DNA from: a bacterium
GTDB taxonomy: Bacteria; Patescibacteriota; Minisyncoccia; Phycocordibacterales; UBA5272
Reading direction: 5' to 3'
Length of the DNA: 64,000 nt
NCBI GenBank assembly: GCA_027482685.1
Contig: JAIXVU010000008.1
Location: forward strand, 4,652-68,651
Part shown: piece by piece, positions 60,586-64,000 of the stretch
How the letters are laid out: each line of letters opens with the position of its first letter
How positions within the stretch are numbered: position 1 is the stretch's first letter
Made by a program: the position numbers and the translations under genes
Notes under the pieces: model-generated
Databases searched by the model: none
Told to the model about the DNA's origin: nothing
What the model saw: only the letters and a program-made list of their open reading frames with translations

Positions 60586-62802
60586 ATGAAACTCCTCATC
60601 GTAGAAAGCCCCTCAAAGGCGAAAACTATTGCAAAGTACCTAGATGGTGCGTACGAAGTACGTGCCTCTGTTGGACATGTACGAGATCTTCCAAAGAGTA
60701 ACAAGAAAGCAGTGGATATAGAAGCAGGATTCGTCCCTCACTACGAAGTGAGTGTAGGCAAAGAAAAGGTTATATCAGACATTAAGTCTCTTGCAAAAAA
60801 ATCAAACGAAGTCATCCTCGCAACCGACCCCGACCGTGAAGGAGAAGCAATAGCATGGCATATCCGTGAAGCGTGTAACTTACACAATGCTAAGCGTGTA
60901 ACATTCAATGAGATTACCGAGAAAGCAGTAAAGGAAGCCCTCAAGCACCCACGCGATATCGACATGAACCTAAAAGAAGCTCAAGAAGCTCGTCGAGTGC
61001 TTGACCGTCTCGTGGGATATGACTTATCAGGTATCATCTGGCAAAAGGTACGTTATGGGCTCTCAGCAGGCCGTGTGCAATCCCCTGCGCTACGTATCAT
61101 CATGGAACGTGAACGTGAGATACGAGCATTCATCCCAGAAACATATTACGTTATCGCAGGAGAGTTCGGAACCGTTGGCAGGATGAAAGAAAGTAAAAGT
61201 TACACACTGTTACTTGAATGTGATATACAACCAAAAGAAAAGACAGAGGCTGAGAGAATTGTAAAAGCTGGTCGTGCGAACAGTTGGGAAGTTGTAGCTG
61301 TTGAAAGTACAGAAGTTAGTCGTTCACCAAAAGCTCCTTTTACAACGTCTACACTACAGCAGGCGGCATCATCACGGCTCGGATACGCTCCATCACGTAC
61401 GATGGGTATCGCACAAAAATTATACGAGAAAGGATTGATTACGTACATGCGTACTGATAGTACTACTATTTCAAAAGATGCTCTTGGTGAGATTGGTAAG
61501 GTGATAGAAAAAAACTTCGGTCATGACGTATTGCAAATTCGTCAGTACAAGACAAAGTCCAAGAATGCCCAAGAAGCCCATGAAGCAATCCGTCCAACAC
61601 ATGCAATGACAAGAAGTGGCGGGAGTACAGATGACGAGAAGCGACTCTACTCTCTCATCTGGGAGAGAACAGTGTCGAGTCAGATGAAAGATGCGAAACT
61701 CAAACGTAGCAAGGTAAGTGCTAACATAACCAATAAAAGCATACCGAATTTTTCTGTGACTGGTTCTGTTGTTGTATATCCTGGATGGTTGTTAGTTGAT
61801 CAGGATGCTCGCGGAGATGATGTCATCTTACCGGAACTCAAAGTCGGGGATGAACTCAATCTCAAAACTCTTCAATCAATAGAAAAGCAGACTGAACCTC
61901 CACATCGCTACACCGAGGCAGGACTAGTAAAGGAACTTGAGAAGCGTGGTATTGGCCGTCCTTCGACCTATGCATCCATCATTTCGACAATCGAAGCACG
62001 CGGCTACGTTGATAAGATAAACAAGTCCCTTCATCCGACGGATACCGGTGAAGTTGTTATCTCATTTCTAGAGGACCATTTTGCGTCATACATTAGCGAC
62101 ACCTTCACTGCGGATATGGAAGACAAGCTAGATACAATTGCAGAAGGTAAAGCAACATACCTAAAAATATTAAAAGATTTTTACGGACCATTTATTAAAG
62201 ATGTAAAATCAAAAGCAAAACTAGAAAAAGCGACTAACATGGGTGACGCACCAGAAGACATCCTCTGTCCACTGTGTAACTCTCCAATGGTTGTTAAGCT
62301 TTCAAAAAATGGTAAGTTCTACTCATGTTCAAAATACCCAGATTGTATGGGCGCGCGAAAGTTAGACGGTAGCGTAATGGAAGGACCGAAGAAGTTAGAC
62401 AAGAAATGTCCAAAGTGTGAAAAAGGAGACCTCATGGAACGAGATGGCCGTTATGGTAAGTTCATCGCATGCTCTAACTATCCGAAATGTAAATATATAG
62501 AACAAGATGAGGAGATGCGCAAAGCGAACTCAACAGGAGTAAGTTGTAACAAGTGTAAAGATGGATACATGGAAGAACGAAAAGGACGTTTTGGGGTATT
62601 CTATTCTTGTTCTAACTATCCTGACTGTAAACATATCGTAAAAACAAGACCAACGGGTAATCGTTGTACATGGAAAAAGGTTGACGGCACTCTTTGTGGA
62701 GAACTCATGATGGAAGGGACAAAGACTATCCCTGAGCGATGCTCTGATAAGTTGTGTCCGAATCATAATCCTCACAAATTAGATAAAGTTGAGAAGAAGT
62801 AA
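60586..62802 (+). CDS. topA: DNA topoisomerase I
   Basis: TOPRIM N-terminus (LLIVESPSKAKTI) and four C-terminal CxxC zinc ribbons. Confidence 0.95.
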   Translation: MKLLIVESPSKAKTIAKYLDGAYEVRASVGHVRDLPKSNKKAVDIEAGFVPHYEVSVGKEKVISDIKSLAKKSNEVILATDPDREGEAIAWHIREACNLHNAKRVTFNEITEKAVKEALKHPRDIDMNLKEAQEARRVLDRLVGYDLSGIIWQKVRYGLSAGRVQSPALRIIMEREREIRAFIPETYYVIAGEFGTVGRMKESKSYTLLLECDIQPKEKTEAERIVKAGRANSWEVVAVESTEVSRSPKAPFTTSTLQQAASSRLGYAPSRTMGIAQKLYEKGLITYMRTDSTTISKDALGEIGKVIEKNFGHDVLQIRQYKTKSKNAQEAHEAIRPTHAMTRSGGSTDDEKRLYSLIWERTVSSQMKDAKLKRSKVSANITNKSIPNFSVTGSVVVYPGWLLVDQDARGDDVILPELKVGDELNLKTLQSIEKQTEPPHRYTEAGLVKELEKRGIGRPSTYASIISTIEARGYVDKINKSLHPTDTGEVVISFLEDHFASYISDTFTADMEDKLDTIAEGKATYLKILKDFYGPFIKDVKSKAKLEKATNMGDAPEDILCPLCNSPMVVKLSKNGKFYSCSKYPDCMGARKLDGSVMEGPKKLDKKCPKCEKGDLMERDGRYGKFIACSNYPKCKYIEQDEEMRKANSTGVSCNKCKDGYMEERKGRFGVFYSCSNYPDCKHIVKTRPTGNRCTWKKVDGTLCGELMMEGTKTIPERCSDKLCPNHNPHKLDKVEKK

Positions 62803-62889
62803 AAACTTCAATTATTTTAGAAAAAATCTTTTCTTAGATACGGCAAGTATTTCGTGAAATAATTTTATTAAAGTTTTCTTTTTAACCCT

Positions 62890-62975
62890 ACACTTTCAAA
62901 GCACGACAATTTCTTGCTAGAAATTGTCTCTGTTCCGCGCCGTCGCGCTTCCACGCGGCTTTGAAAGGCTGGGGT
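62890..62975 (-). repeat. Structured repeat family B, copy 2 (downstream of topA, inverted relative to copy 1)
   Basis: ~80% identical to copy 1, with compensatory stem changes. Confidence 0.65.
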
Positions 62976-63167
62976 TAGGTGTAGCTGAAATACAAATGCT
63001 GTACTTTTACTTGTAACTAACTTTGCTACTAAGGAGTGTTGTGTGAACACTCATATACTTAACTTATTAATTCTCGGTAAAAGCGCTACACAACATCCTC
63101 TGTAGCGCTCTTCATTTCATTAAATAAATACTAGAAACTCTACCCTACTATATGGTATTGTTAATAG

Positions 63168-64000
63168 ATGGACACTGTAACTATTCACAACACCGACCCG
63201 AACCGTATATTTGCGCTACTTCCTGACATTGGAGACGCTGATAAGCATTTGATAACTCGTGCATGCAAATTTGCAGAAAAGGCCCATGAAGGTCAACTTC
63301 GCAAATCTGGTGAACCATATTATAACCATGTGTTTGAGACAGGGGTTAACTTAGCAATGCTTAAGATGGACGCTGATACGATTGCAGCCGGTATCATGCA
63401 TGATGTACTAGAAGATACTAATGTAACAGATGTTGAAATGTCTAAAGAGTTCGGTGAGCATATTACTAAACTTGTAGAAGGTGTGACGAAACTTGGTAAG
63501 TTACGCTATACCGGTGCTGAGCGTCACGTAGAGTCACTGCGTAAGTTCTTCGTTGCAATGGCTGATGATATACGTGTTGTTGTTATAAAACTCTGCGATA
63601 GATTACACAACATACAGACACTTCAGTATGTATCCCCTGAGAAGCAGAAACGTATCGCACTTGAAACGCTTGAGATACACGCTCGCCTCGCTGACCGCTT
63701 AGGTATGGGACGACTCAAGACCCAACTAGAAGACGCGGCCTTCCCCTATGTCTATCCAGATGATTACAAAAAGACAGTGGAACTTTTTGAAAGCATCAAG
63801 CCAATATCAGATGAACAATTAGAAAAAATAGTTACTGCGCTTGGTGAAGAACTCACTATTTTTGATGTTGAGATAGAACGTATCGACTACCGTGTAAAGC
63901 ATTTGTATTCTCTTTGGCAGAAGCTCAAACGTTATAAGATGGATATTAGCAAGGTTCACGATGTTGTTGCACTTCGTATCATCGTGCCTACAGTTGGTGA
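63168..64000 (+). CDS. RelA/SpoT-family (p)ppGpp synthetase/hydrolase, 5' partial (HD domain); runs off the window
   Basis: MDTVTIHNTDP...IAAGIMHDVLEDT carries the HD motif; no stop before the window end. Confidence 0.8.
   Translation, partial: MDTVTIHNTDPNRIFALLPDIGDADKHLITRACKFAEKAHEGQLRKSGEPYYNHVFETGVNLAMLKMDADTIAAGIMHDVLEDTNVTDVEMSKEFGEHITKLVEGVTKLGKLRYTGAERHVESLRKFFVAMADDIRVVVIKLCDRLHNIQTLQYVSPEKQKRIALETLEIHARLADRLGMGRLKTQLEDAAFPYVYPDDYKKTVELFESIKPISDEQLEKIVTALGEELTIFDVEIERIDYRVKHLYSLWQKLKRYKMDISKVHDVVALRIIVPTVG

Overview
This is a low-GC (~38%) bacterial chromosomal segment using the standard genetic code. The proteins are short and compact, in a style that resembles a small-genome CPR/Patescibacteria-like organism; that assignment is an inference. 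The backbone is housekeeping. It carries RNase R, an SMC-like ATPase, UppP, a complete minus-strand F1Fo ATP synthase operon (atpB-E-F-H-A-G-[two NUDIX paralogs]-D-C), YciB, DsbA and Bcp. It also carries a Zur-like regulon (Fur-family repressor, ZIP transporter, CooC/MinD-like ATPase), MnmA, a DnaQ-like exonuclease, MltG, LeuS and a NADAR protein. Further genes are an EEP nuclease, a holin-like protein, HIT, MsrB, MsrA, RNase HII, ClpB, SOD, a four-helix-bundle (23S-IVS-type) protein, a cysteine desulfurase, IF-2, RbfA, RluA, DedA, SOUL, DprA, TopA and a partial RelA/SpoT. There are five tRNA genes: Tyr-GTA, Leu-TAG, Leu-TAA, Lys-CTT and Cys-GCA. Three things stand out. (1) Every tRNA in the window is followed by a structured non-coding module that ends in a direct copy of 16-26 nt of that tRNA's 3' end. 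At tRNA-Leu(TAG) the module is the end of a ~4.2-kb very AT-rich integrative element with a large serine recombinase and three cargo genes. The other four are ~150-bp integrase-less versions that share a conserved hairpin (CTGC/GCAG tetraloop) and nested-stem core with compensatory substitutions. (2) Several compositionally foreign GC-rich islands (50-68% GC) sit in the low-GC background. The main ones are a 2.6-kb divergent two-gene module with a palindromic TTGACA promoter pair next to tRNA-Leu, a 430-bp GC-rich non-coding fragment, a two-gene cassette appended to the Zur operon, and a four-gene small-membrane-protein cluster. Two of the islands share a near-identical promoter. (3) Several families of AT-rich, stop-codon-rich inverted-repeat spacers (TTAGTAATTAG-type, GTTAATAGTTAATGG-type, TAGGGACTAGGG-type) bracket intergenic regions, including internal junctions of the ATP synthase operon. 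A fourth structured repeat brackets dprA-topA in inverted orientation. No CRISPR array was seen. Coordinates of small features are read by eye and may be off by a few nt.
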